Positions 36,763-49,638 are shown, numbered from the stretch's first letter. The stretch is 64,000 nt of DNA from Mustelus asterias (GCF_964213995.1 NW_027590160.1:806001-870000); one strand, 5' to 3'. Made by a program: numbers and translations. Notes: generated by a model from the letters alone, not told the origin.

Positions 36763-36903
36763 NNNNNNNNNNNNNNNNNNNNNNNNNNNNNNNNNNNNNN
36801 NNNNNNNNNNNNNNNNNNNNNNNNNNNNNNNNNNNNNNNNNNNNNNNNNNNNNNNNNNNNNNNNNNNNNNNNNNNNNNNNNNNNNNNNNNNNNNNNNNNN
36901 NNN
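36763..36903. other. Assembly gap (141 N)
   Basis: Run of N. Confidence 1.
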
Positions 36904-37579
36904 ATTGCCAGACTCCAGTCGAATTGTTATTGTGTGACAACAACTGTTTCTTTTTTCAACAGAGGAGTTAAAGAGCAGCGAAAAGATGAAAAACACTGAT
37001 GTTGCAGGCACCTGGCACCAGAAGCTCAGCAATGTGCATTGTAATAGCAGTGGAAGTGGCTGACAAATTGTCCTCTCGATTCGTACTTTGTGAGAAATTT
37101 AAACAAAATGCCCTTCAGCAAATCAACCATCAGCATTTGCAAATTAAAGCCGAGTTTTGAACTGCAGGCTGAAAATGGTCGTTCAATACCTGTGCCAATT
37201 TGAACAGCAGAGTGAAATATCAGCCCCAAATGCACAATCCCATCAAAAACTCACAGCAATTCATATTTACTTTACCCTTGCTGGTTCCTCCTGAAAAAAA
37301 TGAGTAAGCTATCTTCAATAAGCTATCTTCAACTGCATTAAATTTCACTGTAGCTCACCACGTTCGAGGAATGTTGGCATCGAAGTGTTATAAACCTGAG
37401 TGTGGTAAAAATTCTGAACAACATCAGCTTGTTACAGATCTGCTTTGGTCATACTGGAAGCTAGTGTGAAAATATGAACAATTCCATATCTTAACAGACT
37501 GGAAGGAGTGGGTGACTGTGTTTAGTTGGCACTATGCACATTCCTGTAATCCGTGACTGCGAGAATCAGGAAAATTACA

Positions 37580-37645
37580 TCCTGCTGGTCTCGTGGCTAG
37601 TGTTCGGTGCTTTCGGGGTCACAGGCTGGCTTCGATGCACTAAGA
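37580..37645 (+). pseudogene. tRNA-Glu(TTC) relic
   Basis: TCCTGCTGGTCTCGTGGCTAGTGTTCGGTGCTTTC...CTTCGAT; paralogous relics near 56010-56060 and 58100-58160. Confidence 0.5.
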
Positions 37646-38316
37646 CTTAATGTTTTTGATAAACAAACTGTAATACTTCCTGGTCCAAAGCCGCTCTGCC
37701 AGAAACGGTGGAGTGAGGTTTGTAGTTTTGCTTCCGAGTTGGAAATGTCACATGGACAAAAGGTCAAAAAGAAACACAGATAGTGAAGGACAGAGATAGG
37801 ATGGAAAGCGCTGACGATGGAGATGGTGACACTAGGTAAAATCTGGTTGATAATGGGTCAGAATTAACCGTTTGCATTGGCACAAATGTCACTCATTTCT
37901 GGATAAAAATATCGGGCTAAATGATAAGAAAACTTCTCGCTGAATGAAGCACAAAACTATTTGACTTCGACTGATTGCAAGCAGTTTTCATTCAGAAAGA
38001 AGTAACTGTGGGATTAACAAAGCGGGATGGAGAAAGTCTCAGTTTGAGCGGTGAAATTGCCGGAGGAATGGAGAGCTGGAGTTCACCCATAAAAGCAGCA
38101 AAGTATAAAATATTGGGAACCACCCAATGTTGCCCTTGTCCATCATTCCTTGTGTCAGTTAACCCATCGTGTTATGCTCTCTATCACAGACCTCCCCTTT
38201 TAATCTCTTTACTGAGTGATTCCCATTTTAAATGCCACAAGACCTCAACCGTTCAATCAATGTTTCGTGAAAAGCAAGAATAAATCTGAATCATTTGAAA
38301 TTAACCCATTTCGGAA

Positions 38317-38390
38317 TGTTTTTGCTCGGTCTTGACCCGGGGACCGGTGCGCATGTGAGGCAAACATGGTAACGACTGCACTACAGAAAC
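38317..38390 (-). pseudogene. tRNA-Val(CAC) pseudogene
   Basis: GTTTCTGTAGTGCAGTCGTTACCATGTTTGCCTCACATGCG...GGTCCCCGGGTCAAGACCGAGCAAAAACA. Confidence 0.75.
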
Positions 38391-39937
38391 TTTGCGATGG
38401 ATGACTTGAAGCAGACCCGGTTTACTTGTGGAGCAACTAAACTCGTTCCACAAGCCCGTCAGTTGCTCACTTTACATTCTCTCTGCCGGTTTCTCTAATC
38501 AAAATGAATGATGACACATTCTGCTGCATTCAATTTTAATAATCACATGTTTGATCAAAGTTCGTAACGTTTCAAGTAATTTAAGTGAAAATCTGACATT
38601 GGGAGAATTTGATCACACGCCTCCACAAATGTCGCTATCCTAAATTTAGTGCCTTAAACTTCCTATCAACGACACCAACAGAAGTCATTGCTGTCGGAAC
38701 TAGTATTGGCAGTGAACAGAATCATTGGAGTTGGATTAGATCACATGTCCCATTGAGTCTCCTCCGCCATTACAATCAACCCGAGTTCAACAACGGCCTC
38801 ATTTCAGAATCAATTCAATTAAACTTGATTCCACCCAGACAGGGAGAGAATAGGAGGAACAAAAACAGAAGAGGGAAATGGATAGTTAGACTGAGAGAGG
38901 GAAGGACTGAGGCAGATCTATCGACAGAAAGATCACTGTCATGTCGCGTCTCTTCCTGTTTCTGTCGCTGCCCCACATCCAGCTCCCTCTGGCTATCCAG
39001 CTCCCAGGGTCAATTAGCTGCTTGATAAAGACACAGACAGTTGGTGAACCCGAGCTTTAACTGGAAAGCAGGGAAAGCGAATGTATGCCACACGGCATTA
39101 AGAGGAGATGGAGTTTAGAGATGACTGTACAAAGAGACACAGATATCTCATCTTCCTGATCCAGTTACTGATTACATTAGAGTTACTGATTGCAGGAATG
39201 TACACAGTGCGAATTATCCACTGTCACGCTCTCCTTCCAGCCTTGAGCACGGAGTTAAGTTTAGAAGTGTTTGTATCTTGCTACAGTAATTCAGGGTTTT
39301 GTTGAGGCCACATTTGGAATAGTGTACGCAGTTTGGATCCCCGCATTTTAGACAGAATAAAAGCAAAATCTGATGATGCTGGAATCTGAATCAAAAACTG
39401 AAAATGCTGGAAAATCTCAACAGCTTTCACGAGAAAGAATAGGTACCATTGAAAAGCTGAGGCATTATTTTTTCCTGATCCAGGAATCTAAAACACGGGA
39501 GCACAATCTCAGGATAAGGCGCTGATGATTTAGGAGTGCGATGAGGAGAATTTGCTTCACTCAAAGCCTCGTGAATCTTCGGAATTCTCCAGCCAGAGGG
39601 TTCTGATGCTCCATCCTTGAACATATTTCACTCTGGGTTAGACAGATTTATGATCTATCCAAGAATGAATGGAAGCAGGGATATGGAATTGGAACAAATG
39701 CTCAGCCAAAAGTCCATGTTTCGATTGTAATTTTTAAGTTTAATGGAATAATGGAAGCATGTATATAATTTTGTATGTAATATGTGTAAAGTCAATCGTC
39801 ATTGAATAATGTTGGTAACACCAGATAACAGTACAGCCGGTCACAATTGAGAACTATTTTTATTGACGCCCACAAACTCATTGCCAACACGCAACTGTTT
39901 GCCTGTGAATGCTGATGGTGAGAAAATAGCAACATTC

Positions 39938-40012
39938 CGCTTCTGGGTGGTATCGAACCACCAACCTCCACAGTTAACAGCCGAACGCGCTGACCAATTG
40001 CGCCACAGAGAC
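39938..40012 (-). pseudogene. tRNA-Asn(GTT), probable pseudogene
   Basis: 5' half near-perfect (GTCTCTGTGGCGCAATTGGTCAGCGCGTTCGGCTGTTAAC), B box GGTTCGA; anticodon and acceptor stems mismatched. Confidence 0.8.
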
Positions 40013-40949
40013 TGCAGCAGCTGTTACATGTATTCTAAACTAGTGTGTCAATGACCACAATTCTATTTCTGCAAAGCCTGTTCCAGTACTGCAGCATGAC
40101 CGCACTGTTTACAATTCTATACAAGTCTCTTTAGTTCCGTTGATCCCGCAGCACTGCAGTAGTGTGTTGGTTATTCCCTTTCTCCTATGAACGCGCAGGT
40201 AAAATGAATCCATGTCTCTTATCACAGGGAGGAATTCAACAGGAGGGAATGGAACTGAAAACCAGACCCCCAGCGAACCAATGCTTTCCACTCAATCATC
40301 AATAACACCATTCTCAGCTGCACCTCCTTCCAAATATTTTGATCCATTTCCCTCACGATTTGTTCCAAGAGTTAATATTGCCCTTGGTTTCTCCTAATTT
40401 TGATATAAGATTCACGTCAATATACAACACAAATGGAATTGCAAACCTGAGGGCGAACCATGGGAAACAAGTCACTGCGTAACACAAATCCCATGGTGCT
40501 CATTTCCCGATTCACAACACTCAGTTTTTCAACCAAATGGAGGAATTTATCACTGAAAAGTTTTGGAAAGTTCGTGTGAATTTTGTTTGCGAATCACTCG
40601 TGTGTTGTGTAAATGCTTCTCGAAGGTTTAGTGAGCCGGACATGATATATCTGCGTTTTGCTGAGCTTGTGTTCGGTTTATGGGGAGGTTTGAACGGAAA
40701 TAGACCTTGTGTCCCAGGGATGGGCAGTAACCCGCTGATTGAAGCTGCAATCGCCGCTTTCTGCTGGCGATTGGAGACTGCGGGATAAAATCCTGCTGCT
40801 TCTCCCTGTCTCACTCACTGTGGAGCCGGGAAAAAAAATCAGCGATGGATTTGTTTCCCTGTCTGAAATGTGGCCTCGAATAACTGTTATTCACGGAGGT
40901 AACGCTGCGGTAACCTTTAATAATCTGACACAAACGATTCAAACGCACT

Positions 40950-41044
40950 GCTCCAGTGGCGCAATCGGTTAGCGCGCGGTACTTATACAGCAGTGCAGGC
41001 AGCGGGCTATGCCGAGGTTGTGAGTTCGAGCCTCACCTGGAGCA
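40950..41044 (+). tRNA. TRNAI-UAU: tRNA-Ile(TAT) with 21-nt intron (40988-41008)
   Basis: GCTCCAGTGGCGCAATCGGTTAGCGCGCGGTACTTATA[intron]ATGCCGAGGTTGTGAGTTCGAGCCTCACCTGGAGCA, followed by a T5 terminator. Confidence 0.96.
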
Positions 41045-41964
41045 GTTGTTTTAGGTGAGACGATCGTCCAGTGGTGTGATCCCTCGACCAGCGAATATTC
41101 TTGGGACGGCCAGGGCAGCCAGTGGAGTTTGAATACAATAAATAAGATTGGAATAAAAATCCACTGATGGCCATCAAACAACATCCATTGTTGCTAAAAA
41201 TCATGATTCACTCATGTCCGTCGTGGAAGGAAATCTGCAGTTGTTCGATGGTCTGGCCGACACATGACTCCAGAGCCACAGCAAAGTGGTTGCCCCTCAA
41301 CTGGGGATGGGCAATAAATGCTGATCAGCGGTGCTTCTGTTCAACGAACGAAAGGAAGATCCGGAATGTGCAGGTTTGAGAGAAGCTTTCTGAACCGTCA
41401 GAGCTGGAAACGGGAGTCAGTGAAAAGTATTGCGTTTGTGTGTGCACAGATGGATGGGGAAATGTAACATGCAGTGTAAAATACTCTGTTGAGTTAATTT
41501 TCAACAATAAATTCTCACTCTGAGTTTAAACCAACGTACAGGTGCATCTGCATTCGCGCCTTTCTGCTGTCAGCGGGTGATTGGAGACTGCGGGTTAAAA
41601 TCCTGCTGCTTGTCCCTGTCTCCAATGTGGAGCCGGAGAAGAGAGAATCATTGTTGGGTTTGTTTCCCCATCTGAAACGTGGCTTCGCCTTTAATAATCA
41701 CAAACAAATCAAAAGCAATCAGCCGGACTGTGCAGGTTTGAGGGAAGCTTTCTGACCATTCAGAGTTGGAAAGGAGAGTCTGCGAAAAATGTTCTGTCGG
41801 GTTTGAATACGGAACTGTGAAGGGGAAGGGGAAGTGTAACACAGTATAAAATACAGTATTCAGTTAATATTCAGCAATAAACGTGAATTATTGCTCATTT
41901 CCTCACTCTGAGGTTAAAAGTATACTTCCGCCCGCTTTCCAACAGGGAATCTTTGGTTCGGTGA

Positions 41965-43247
41965 ATGTGTAATCAGGACATGACAGAAACGATGCGTTCC
42001 CTCCACCCTGGGAGCCTTGGATGAAACTGTACCAGAGGTCATCATTGCAGATATCGGAGCAGCTTTCTCGAAGTTCAACCCACTGAAAGCGACTGGCCCG
42101 GATGGGGTACCCGGATGTGAACGCAGATCCTGCGTGGATCAGCTGGCGGGGGTATTCGCAGACATCTTCAACCTCTCTTTACTTCTGCTTCAAGAAGACA
42201 ACCATCATCCCACTACCAAAGAAAATCCAAGCAGCGTGCCTGAATGAATACTGTCTGGTGGCTCTGACATCCATCATTATGAAGTGCTTCGAAGGCTAGT
42301 CATAGCACGAATCAATTCCAGCCTCCAGGGCTGCCTGGGTCCACTACAGTTCGTCTACCGCCGCAACAGGTCCACAGCAGACACCATCTCCCTGGCCCTG
42401 CACTCAACCCTGGCACACCGAGATAACAAAAACGCCTATGTCAGACTCCTATTTATTGACTACAGCTCAGCCTTATTCCGACGAAACGCATCTCCAAACT
42501 CCATGGCCTGGACCTCGGCTCCTCCCTCTGCGACTGGATCCTGAACTTCCTAACCCACAGGACACTATCAGTAAGGATAGACAACAGCACCTCCTCCACG
42601 GTCATCCTCAACACTGGTGCCCCACAAGGTTGTGTTCTCAGCCCCCTCCTACAGTCCTGATATATCCATGACTGTGTGGCCAAATTCCCCTCCAATTCGA
42701 TTTTCAAGTTTGCTGGCGACACCACCGTAGTGGGTCTGATCTCAGATAATGAGGAGACAGAGTACAAGAATGAGATAGAGAAGCTGGTGAAATTGGCCCG
42801 GCGACAATAATTTCTCCCTCAATGTCAACAAAACGAATGAGATTGTCCTCGACCTCAGGAAGCGTAGAGGAGAAATTGCCCCTGTCTACATCAACGGAGA
42901 CGAAGTAGAAAGGGTCGAGAGCTTCAAGTTTTTAGGTCTCCAGATCACCAACAACCTGTCCTGGTCGCCCCATGCTGACACTATAGTTAAGAATGCCAAC
43001 CAACGCCTCTACTTTCTCAGAAGACTAAGGAAATTTGTCATGTCAGCTACGACTCTCACCTACGTTTGCAGATGCACCATAGAAAGCATTCTTTCTGGTT
43101 GTATCACATTTTGGTATGGCTCCTCCTCTGCCCTGGACCGCAAGGAACTACAAAGGGTCGTGAACGTCGCTCAGATCATCACGCAAACTTGCCTCCCATC
43201 CATTGGCTCTTCCCGCTGCCTCGGCAAAGCAGCCAGTATAATTAAGA
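41965..43247 (+). mobile_element. Rex1/Babar LINE RT, degraded
   Basis: [67 protein letters not shown]. Confidence 0.92.
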
Positions 43248-43323
43248 ACCAACGCAAGGTTCTAAATTGCAATCAGACTGCACGGTTTGATATCCTAGGC
43301 CGGTCACATTGGTCATGAGCAGA

Positions 43324-43385
43324 GTTTCTATAGTGTGAGGCTTATCATATAGGATAGACTGTCCGATTCGAAACAGGGTCGAACA
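43324..43385 (+). pseudogene. tRNA-Val relic
   Basis: GTTTCTATAGTGT...TTATCA...CCGATTCGAAACAGGG. Confidence 0.45.
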
Positions 43386-44073
43386 TGATCGAAATTTACT
43401 GCTTGAAAGTTCCCAGATTGTATTTCGTTGTTGAATATGAACTGAATATGGATCCAACAAAATATTTTTTTTCCAATTATTGGAAAGAAAATGCGCTCAG
43501 TAAAATCGCCACAGTCATATTTCTGCTTTCACTCTCTCACTCACGGTCCAGTTGATGTCGGTCAGATGGATGAGCCATGGTAAATGTGTGAGGATAAGTG
43601 GGTTAGAATGGCGACAAGTGTCTCGGTCAGGCACTCTGGACCTACATTCTCTGGGTCAGGTGCCAGCCATTTATGACTGAGGTAAGGAGACATTTCTTCT
43701 CCCAAACGCTTGTGTATCTTTAGAATTCTGCAGCTGCCCAGAGGTACGTGGATCATCAGTCGCTGAGGATATTGAAGGTTGAGTTGGAGTGATTTTGGAA
43801 TCTAAGGGAATGAAGACCTATTGGGATAAGCTGGGAAATTGAGGTTGAGGTTACGGATCTGCCTTGTTTCTGTCGTGGAGGAGGCTCAATGGGACATGTA
43901 GTCCAGTTTTCTTTCATTGATTCTGTTCACTGTCAATATCAGTTCCGGTACCAATGGATTCTCCTGACAGCATTCAAGTCTCAGGTCCTGAATTCAAGGC
44001 AGTCGCGTTAGTTAAAGCGCGTGATCGAAGCCCATCACTGCAAAACGTTCAATTAATTAACTTCATGGAGTAA

Positions 44074-44240
44074 ATTTGATTTGATTTATTATTGTCACAT
44101 GCATTAGCGGAAAGTATTTTTCTTGCGCGCTACACAGCCAAAGCATATCATTCATCGAGAAGGAAACGAGAGAGTGCAGAACGTACTGTTACAGTCATAG
44201 GTTGGGTGTAGAGAAAGATCAATTTAATGCAAGGTAGGTC
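44074..44240 (-). mobile_element. Rex1 3' UTR fragment
   Basis: TTTGATTTGATTTATTATTGTCACAT tail, as at 26120. Confidence 0.8.
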
Positions 44241-44388
44241 GTGCATGTTATCACACGAATTCTACGCAGTAGATTGTATCGTTAAACATGTTAACAGGAG
44301 GTACCAGCAGACACAATGCAAATATAAATTGCTGTCGGTAATTGACGTGTTTGTGGAGCCACCTTTCCTTACATCATTGCATCGCAGC

Positions 44389-44461
44389 GTTTCTGTAGTG
44401 TGGTACTTATCACGGTCGCCGTACACATGCAAATTTCCTGGTTCAATCCTGAGCAGAAACT
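44389..44461 (+). pseudogene. tRNA-Val(TAC) pseudogene
   Basis: GTTTCTGTAGTGTGGTACTTATCACGGTCGCCGTACACATG...GGTTCAATCCTGAGCAGAAAC. Confidence 0.72.
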
Positions 44462-44469
44462 TATTAAAC

Positions 44470-44665
44470 AGGAATAGAAAATGGTGGAAAATCTCAGCAG
44501 GATTGACAACCTCTGTGAGGAAACAAACGTTTCAAATCTGGATGACCCTTCATCAGATTTCCTGATTCGACACATTGGCTCTGTTCTCTCTTCACAGATG
44601 CTGCCAGACCTGCTGAGATTTTCAAGTACTTTTTTTTGTGTTTCAGGTTCCAGCATAAGCAGTAT
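44470..44665. mobile_element. Inverted pair of Penelope-derived termini with hammerhead core (44526-44556, minus)
   Basis: GAAAATCTCAGCAGG ... CCTGCTGAGATTTTC arms; minus strand CTGATGA-A-GGGTC(ATCCA)GATTT-GAAACGTT. Confidence 0.65.
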
Positions 44666-45004
44666 TTCACCTTTACAGAAACATTTCCAAATGTTTTCAA
44701 TTTCAGAGTAATTCAGCTTTCAGAAATAATCACGCATTTGCCACGAAACATTAACTGACCTGCCGAGTATTTCCAACATTTTCTGATGGTAACGCCATGA
44801 ATCAACCTGTGAAAAGAACAAAACGGATGTTCTGTGATATAAAGCAAGGGAGGATGTAAACATAAATTGCCGGGATTGTGCAAATGGGTTTATTTTGTTT
44901 CTCCAGGGAGCTCAAACTGGCACAATGATCACTCCTGTTATCGATCAGGAAGTAATTTCAGCCCCTCCTAAATCATGTGCTGGTCGGCAGCTATAAAATC
45001 AGCA

Positions 45005-45076
45005 TTCCCTGACCGGGAATCGAACCCGGGCCGCGGTGGTGAAAGCGCCAAATCCTAACCACTAGACCACCAGGGA
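45005..45076 (-). tRNA. TRNAE-UUC: tRNA-Glu(TTC) variant
   Basis: Identical to 30748-30819 except one substitution giving a C:A mismatch in the anticodon stem. Confidence 0.82.
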
Positions 45077-45465
45077 AGATGGGAGCAAATGCTTTCATCT
45101 GACTGGTACATTGTAGCGTTTTTCAAATACTCAAGAAAGGATTGTCGGATAAAAAAAACCCTCATGTTTAGATAGAACACCAATGATTCCTTCAGCCAAC
45201 AGCAAATTACTGCAGATACTGGAACTTAAAAGAAAAACTTAAAATGCTGTAAAATCTCAACAGGCATGACGACATCTCTGGAGAGAGAATAGAGCCAACA
45301 TTTCAAATCTGTATGGTCAGTCATCAAAGATGAAGACAGTAAAGGAGGACGAGATTTACACTTTAAGTGTGGGAGATACGGGGGGTGAGGGTGGGAGCCG
45401 TGCGTAAGAGTTGACAAAGTTGTGATAGACAAAATAAATTATTGATTATGTTTATCAGCGTAAGA

Positions 45466-45479
45466 CCGCCCTCTAGTGG
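45466..45479 (-). promoter_or_regulatory. CTCF motif just downstream of a V RSS
   Basis: CCACTAGAGGGCGG, 26 nt beyond the nonamer. Confidence 0.6.
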
Positions 45480-45505
45480 TACCTAACTGGAACTCCCATG
45501 TGTGG

Positions 45506-46000
45506 GCTTATTGTCTGGGATCCGCTCTATCTCTGCAGCAGTGTGGGCTCCGTGGCACAGTGATACACGGCGGTGTCAGAGAGAAGCATCCCGGCAACAT
45601 TAAAAAGAACAGTTTTATTTCCTTTGCGCAAAACAGCAAGAACATCTGTCCGGTAGATCTTGAAACGTATCTCCCGTGCCATATATCTTCAATAATATTT
45701 ATTTTAAATATTAATGTACACAATAATCCCGAACTGCAACTCCAGACAATATCTCCCATGGGGAATGGGTCACAAAATTCTTATACAGTGCCTGGTGACA
45801 AATAGGCGAATGCACCACCCGAGCACATGTTGCAAACTTCCATTCCAATTTAGGAATAAAAGTTTGCAACAGGGAATGAACAATGTTATTCCATATTGGC
45901 ACTTCATCAACCGGATGCCAGTTCCAGCCATCCAGTGACTCACCTTCCCCGAGACTCACAGAGGCCAGCGCCTGCCGTAAGTGCAAGTCCCCACCAGATG
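45506..46000 (-). pseudogene. Heavily decayed TCR V pseudogene with RSS (45506-45545)
   Basis: GGDLHLRQALASVSLGEGESL (FR1), WNWHPVDEVP (FR2), about 200-bp interruption, ILLKIYGTGDTFQDLPDR / AVLRKGNKTVLFNVAGMLLSDTAVYHCATE; CACACTG-24 nt-ACAATAAGC. Confidence 0.75.
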
Positions 46001-46959
46001 GTGATATTGTATTAGTTTAATCGCAAGATAGTGAAACTGCAATTTGAACTCACAGCTGAGTTTGGTTTTCTTGATATCAGCTGGCCTGGAAGAGGGCAGC
46101 CCCAACATCATCACCACCATTTGAAAAGCAATTAGGGAATACAATAAATTCTGGACTCAGCAACGAATCCCGCACTCGGTCAAATTAATTTTAAAATGGT
46201 TTGTTTTGGAGATAGTTTTGGTGTCTCGTCCCCCAGTGACCTCGAGTGGTGCGGAATTGCTATCAGTTTTAGACTGTTTGAGCTGACCAAATTTGGAGAG
46301 CTCCCTGATCACAAATACCATTCCAATAAATCTCCTTCCGGCCTGTCAAGGCCAGATGTGTGCAGAGTAATATAGCATAGTGTTAAAGATATTTTAAAAA
46401 TACATAACCTATTTGAATAAAACAGAAAAAATCCGTATCATTCATTCCTGGAATTATACGGTTTTTCCGTTATCATCGCTGGGTCAGTATAGAATGTGCA
46501 GAGGTTAATTCCAAACTAAAAGGATGTTTCCTTTGTGACAGGGACAAAAACTTGGGAGATAATGTTAATAAACTCCTCAAGGTCCCCTCAGAAATGATGA
46601 GATTATGCCTTTTTGTCACCATGATGTTATTTGGTCTGTGATATCCCCTTCCCCAGAAATCAGTGGTGGCAAGTTCATTGAAAACAATTAGGACGGGGTG
46701 AGGTCGATTATTGAATACCCAGGGAGTCAGAGTGCACAGGGGAGACATGGAAATACAGATGTCACAATTCAATCCGCCAGGATCTTATCAAATGTCGGGC
46801 AGTCTCGAGGTGGCACAGTTGCCTACTCCAGCTCCGAATTTGTATGTTCACATGGCCACAAGTGGACTTATTACATTAGTTGATTACAAGTCGCCTTTAT
46901 ACAGAAGTTAAACGTCATAAATGCGCTCATGATATTTTAATGTGCTTTTTGTCTCCTTT

Positions 46960-48577
46960 AGAACAAAGAACAAAGAACAAGAACAAAGAACAATACAGCA
47001 CAGGAACAGGCCCTTCGGCCCTCCAAGCCCGCGCCGCTCCCCGGTCCAGGATTGAATCCTGAATCCAGGATCCCCGCCCAATTTTCCAGCCTATCTACAT
47101 ACCAATATCCTATCCACCGAGCTGTCCCTCACAGCTACGATGCTTTGTTCATCACAACCTATTAACTCACCCCCACCCCCCCATTCCAGACCATGTGATC
47201 TCCAGGGAGAGGCGAAAACCCAGAGTGAAAACCCCAGGGCCAATATGGGGAAAAAAAATCTGGGAAATTCCTCTCCGACCCCCTGAGGCGATCGAAACGA
47301 GTCCAGGAGATCACACTGGCCCTGATCGGAAAATGCTTCCCAACCCTAGTCATTTCCACTTCCACGAACACCATATGAATTCCCTGCCCCCGAGACAGGT
47401 TCCCAACTATCCGCAGTCTCACTCTGTACTGGCACCAGCAAGATGATCATAGAATGAAGCCTTGAAACGAGAAACCAGGAACAATTAGCCCGCGCCGCTC
47501 CCTGGTCCAAACTAGACCACCCTTTTCTATCCCTCCATTCCCACTCCGTTCATATAGCTGTCTAGATAAGTCTTAAACGTTCCCAGTGTGTCCGCCTCCA
47601 CCACCTTGCCCGGCAACACATTCCAGGCCCCCACGACCCTCTGTGTAAAATATGTCATTCTGATATCTGTGTTAAACCTCCCCCCCTTCACCTTGAACCT
47701 ATGACCCCTCGTGAACGTCACCACCGACCCGGGGAAAAGCTTCCCACCGTTCACCCTATCTATGCCTTTCATAATTTTATACACCTCTATTAAGTCTCCC
47801 CTCATCCTCCGTCTTTCCAAGGAGAACAACCCCAGTTTCCCCAATCTCTCCTCATAACCAAGCCCCTCCATACCAGGCAACATCCTGGTAAACCTCCTCT
47901 GTACTCTCTCCAAAGCCTCCACGTCCTTCTGGTAGTGTGGCGACCAGAACTGGACGCAGTATTCCAAATGCGGCCGAACCAACGTTCTATACATCTGCAA
48001 CATCAGACCCCAACTCTTATACTCTATGCCCCGTCCTATAAAGGCAAGCATGCCATATGCCTTCTTCACCACCTTCTCCACCTGTGACGTCACCTTCAAA
48101 GATCTGTGGACTTGCACACCCAGGTCCCTCTGCGTCTCTACACCCTTTATGGTTCTTCCATTTATCGTGTAGCTCCTCCCTACATTATTCCCACCAAAAT
48201 GCATCACTTCGCATTTATCAGGATTGAACTCCATCTGCCATTTCCTTGCCCAAATTTCCAGCCTATCTATATCCTTCTGTAGCCTCTGACAATGTTCCTC
48301 ACTATCTGCAAGTCCTGCCAGTTTTGTGTCGTCCGCAAACTTACTGATCACCCCAGTTACTCCTTCTTCCAGATCATTTATATAAATCACAAACAGCAGA
48401 GGTCCCAATACAGAGCCCTGCGGAACACCACTAGTCACAGGCCTCCAGCCGGAAAAAGACCCTTCCACTACCACCCTCTGTCTTCTATGACCAAGCCAGT
48501 TCTCCACCCATCTAGCCACCTCCCCCTTTGTCCCATGAGATCCAACCTTTTTCACTAGCCTACCATGAGGGACTTTA
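46960..48577 (-). mobile_element. Young 5'-truncated CR1 LINE with open RT frame (47527-48555) and long 3' UTR
   Basis: GVPQGSVLGPLLF, KFADDTKL, uninterrupted 342 aa; (TTCTTTG)n tail. Confidence 0.95.
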
Positions 48578-48940
48578 CTACCCGTTCCCCGCCTGCCCGC
48601 CTATGAAACAACCATTTATCATCTCCTCCCTCACTCTCCAGCAGCTTACAACTGGTCTGTTCAGAGCTATATTTAATCACTGTGGGTTACTGCATCAGAA
48701 ACAGCGTATCTGCAACCAACATGTTCCACAAAGTAGTAACTGAGAATTGAGAATGAGCTGCCTGTGCTTCAGGGTGTCTCCTGAGGCTAATCTTGTTTCC
48801 CCTTTTCCTTTAACTATTGTTTTTCTGATGATCATTAACAAACCAACCCACACAGCAGAACGCTGTCTCCCACCAGGACATTGGCTGCAGCACAGATCGA
48901 GGTGTTTCCTTTCACTCACATCCAGCTCACACAGGACGTC

Positions 48941-49043
48941 GGATCATTGAGGGCGGGGATTATAACGGGTGGCTTCAGTTATAATTATGTGATGTTTCTC
49001 TGTTCCACTGCAGTTCTGCATTTCATTTTCTCAGTCTCTCCTG
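48941..49043 (+). pseudogene. Orphan V-type promoter plus leader exon in the opposite orientation
   Basis: 48941-48974 matches the promoter of the intact V at 29/34; then a 52-nt phase-1 leader MFLCSTAVLHFIFSVSP with CTAAC instead of GTAAC. Confidence 0.5.
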
Positions 49044-49190
49044 CTAACTGTTGGGTGACAGTTTGATCCGGGGTTAATTTGGTTTCCTCTCGGGTGTGTA
49101 TCTGAGCGCCTGTGAGCGCCGCTGCACTGCAACAACCGCAGTCCTACTTAACGCTCAACAGAACAGAGCTCGCACCAACAATCCAAAGGC

Positions 49191-49229
49191 AGTTTTTGTG
49201 CAGGGGTGAGACTGCTTTCCATCACTGTG
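49191..49229 (-). promoter_or_regulatory. 23-RSS (recombination signal sequence)
   Basis: CACAGTG - 23 nt - ACAAAAACT directly after the V coding end. Confidence 0.95.
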
Positions 49230-49538
49230 ATAGCTCGAAAGCGCAGTAATACACGGCGACATCAGTCAGCTGCAGATCCGAAACAGTTAAACTGGTGAAT
49301 TTAGTCGATGTATGAAGCTCGATAGAGAAACGGCTTTTGGCAAAATCTGCTTTATCTTCACTGTTGTATGTACTTCTCCACATAATAAACTCGGGATGGT
49401 TTCCTGGGAGTTGCCGGTACCAGTGTAATGCATAGTTTCTCTGTGTAGTTTCATAGTTACAGGTGAATATGAGCGCTGCTCCTTCTGCCTTAACATCTGA
49501 GGGCAGCGGCTGAGTGACAGAATCTCCATGAGTCAGAT
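49230..49538 (-). CDS. Intact T-cell receptor alpha/delta V exon (TRAV/TRDV-type)
   Basis: DLTHGDSVTQPLPSDVKAEGAALIFTCNYETTQRNYALHWYRQLPGNHPEFIMWRSTYNSEDKADFAKSRFSIELHTSTKFTSLTVSDLQLTDVAVYYCAFEL; both Cys, WYRQ and DxAxYYC present; AG acceptor at 49539-49540. Confidence 0.93.
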
Positions 49539-49638
49539 CTGGAATATAATAAATTAATCAGGAAAAGTATAGACCGGTGGCTGGTTGGAATTTGATTCCA
49601 ATCAAGCTTGGGGAATGAAAGAACGCATCCACATTTAC

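Noticed and set aside
48646-48684. CACTGTG heptamer as a possible D/J RSS
   Set aside because: No nonamer at 12 or 23 spacing and no FGxG J motif
49100-49130. Possible CTCF site downstream of the intact V RSS
   Set aside because: Core match too weak (GCGCTCACAGGCGC)
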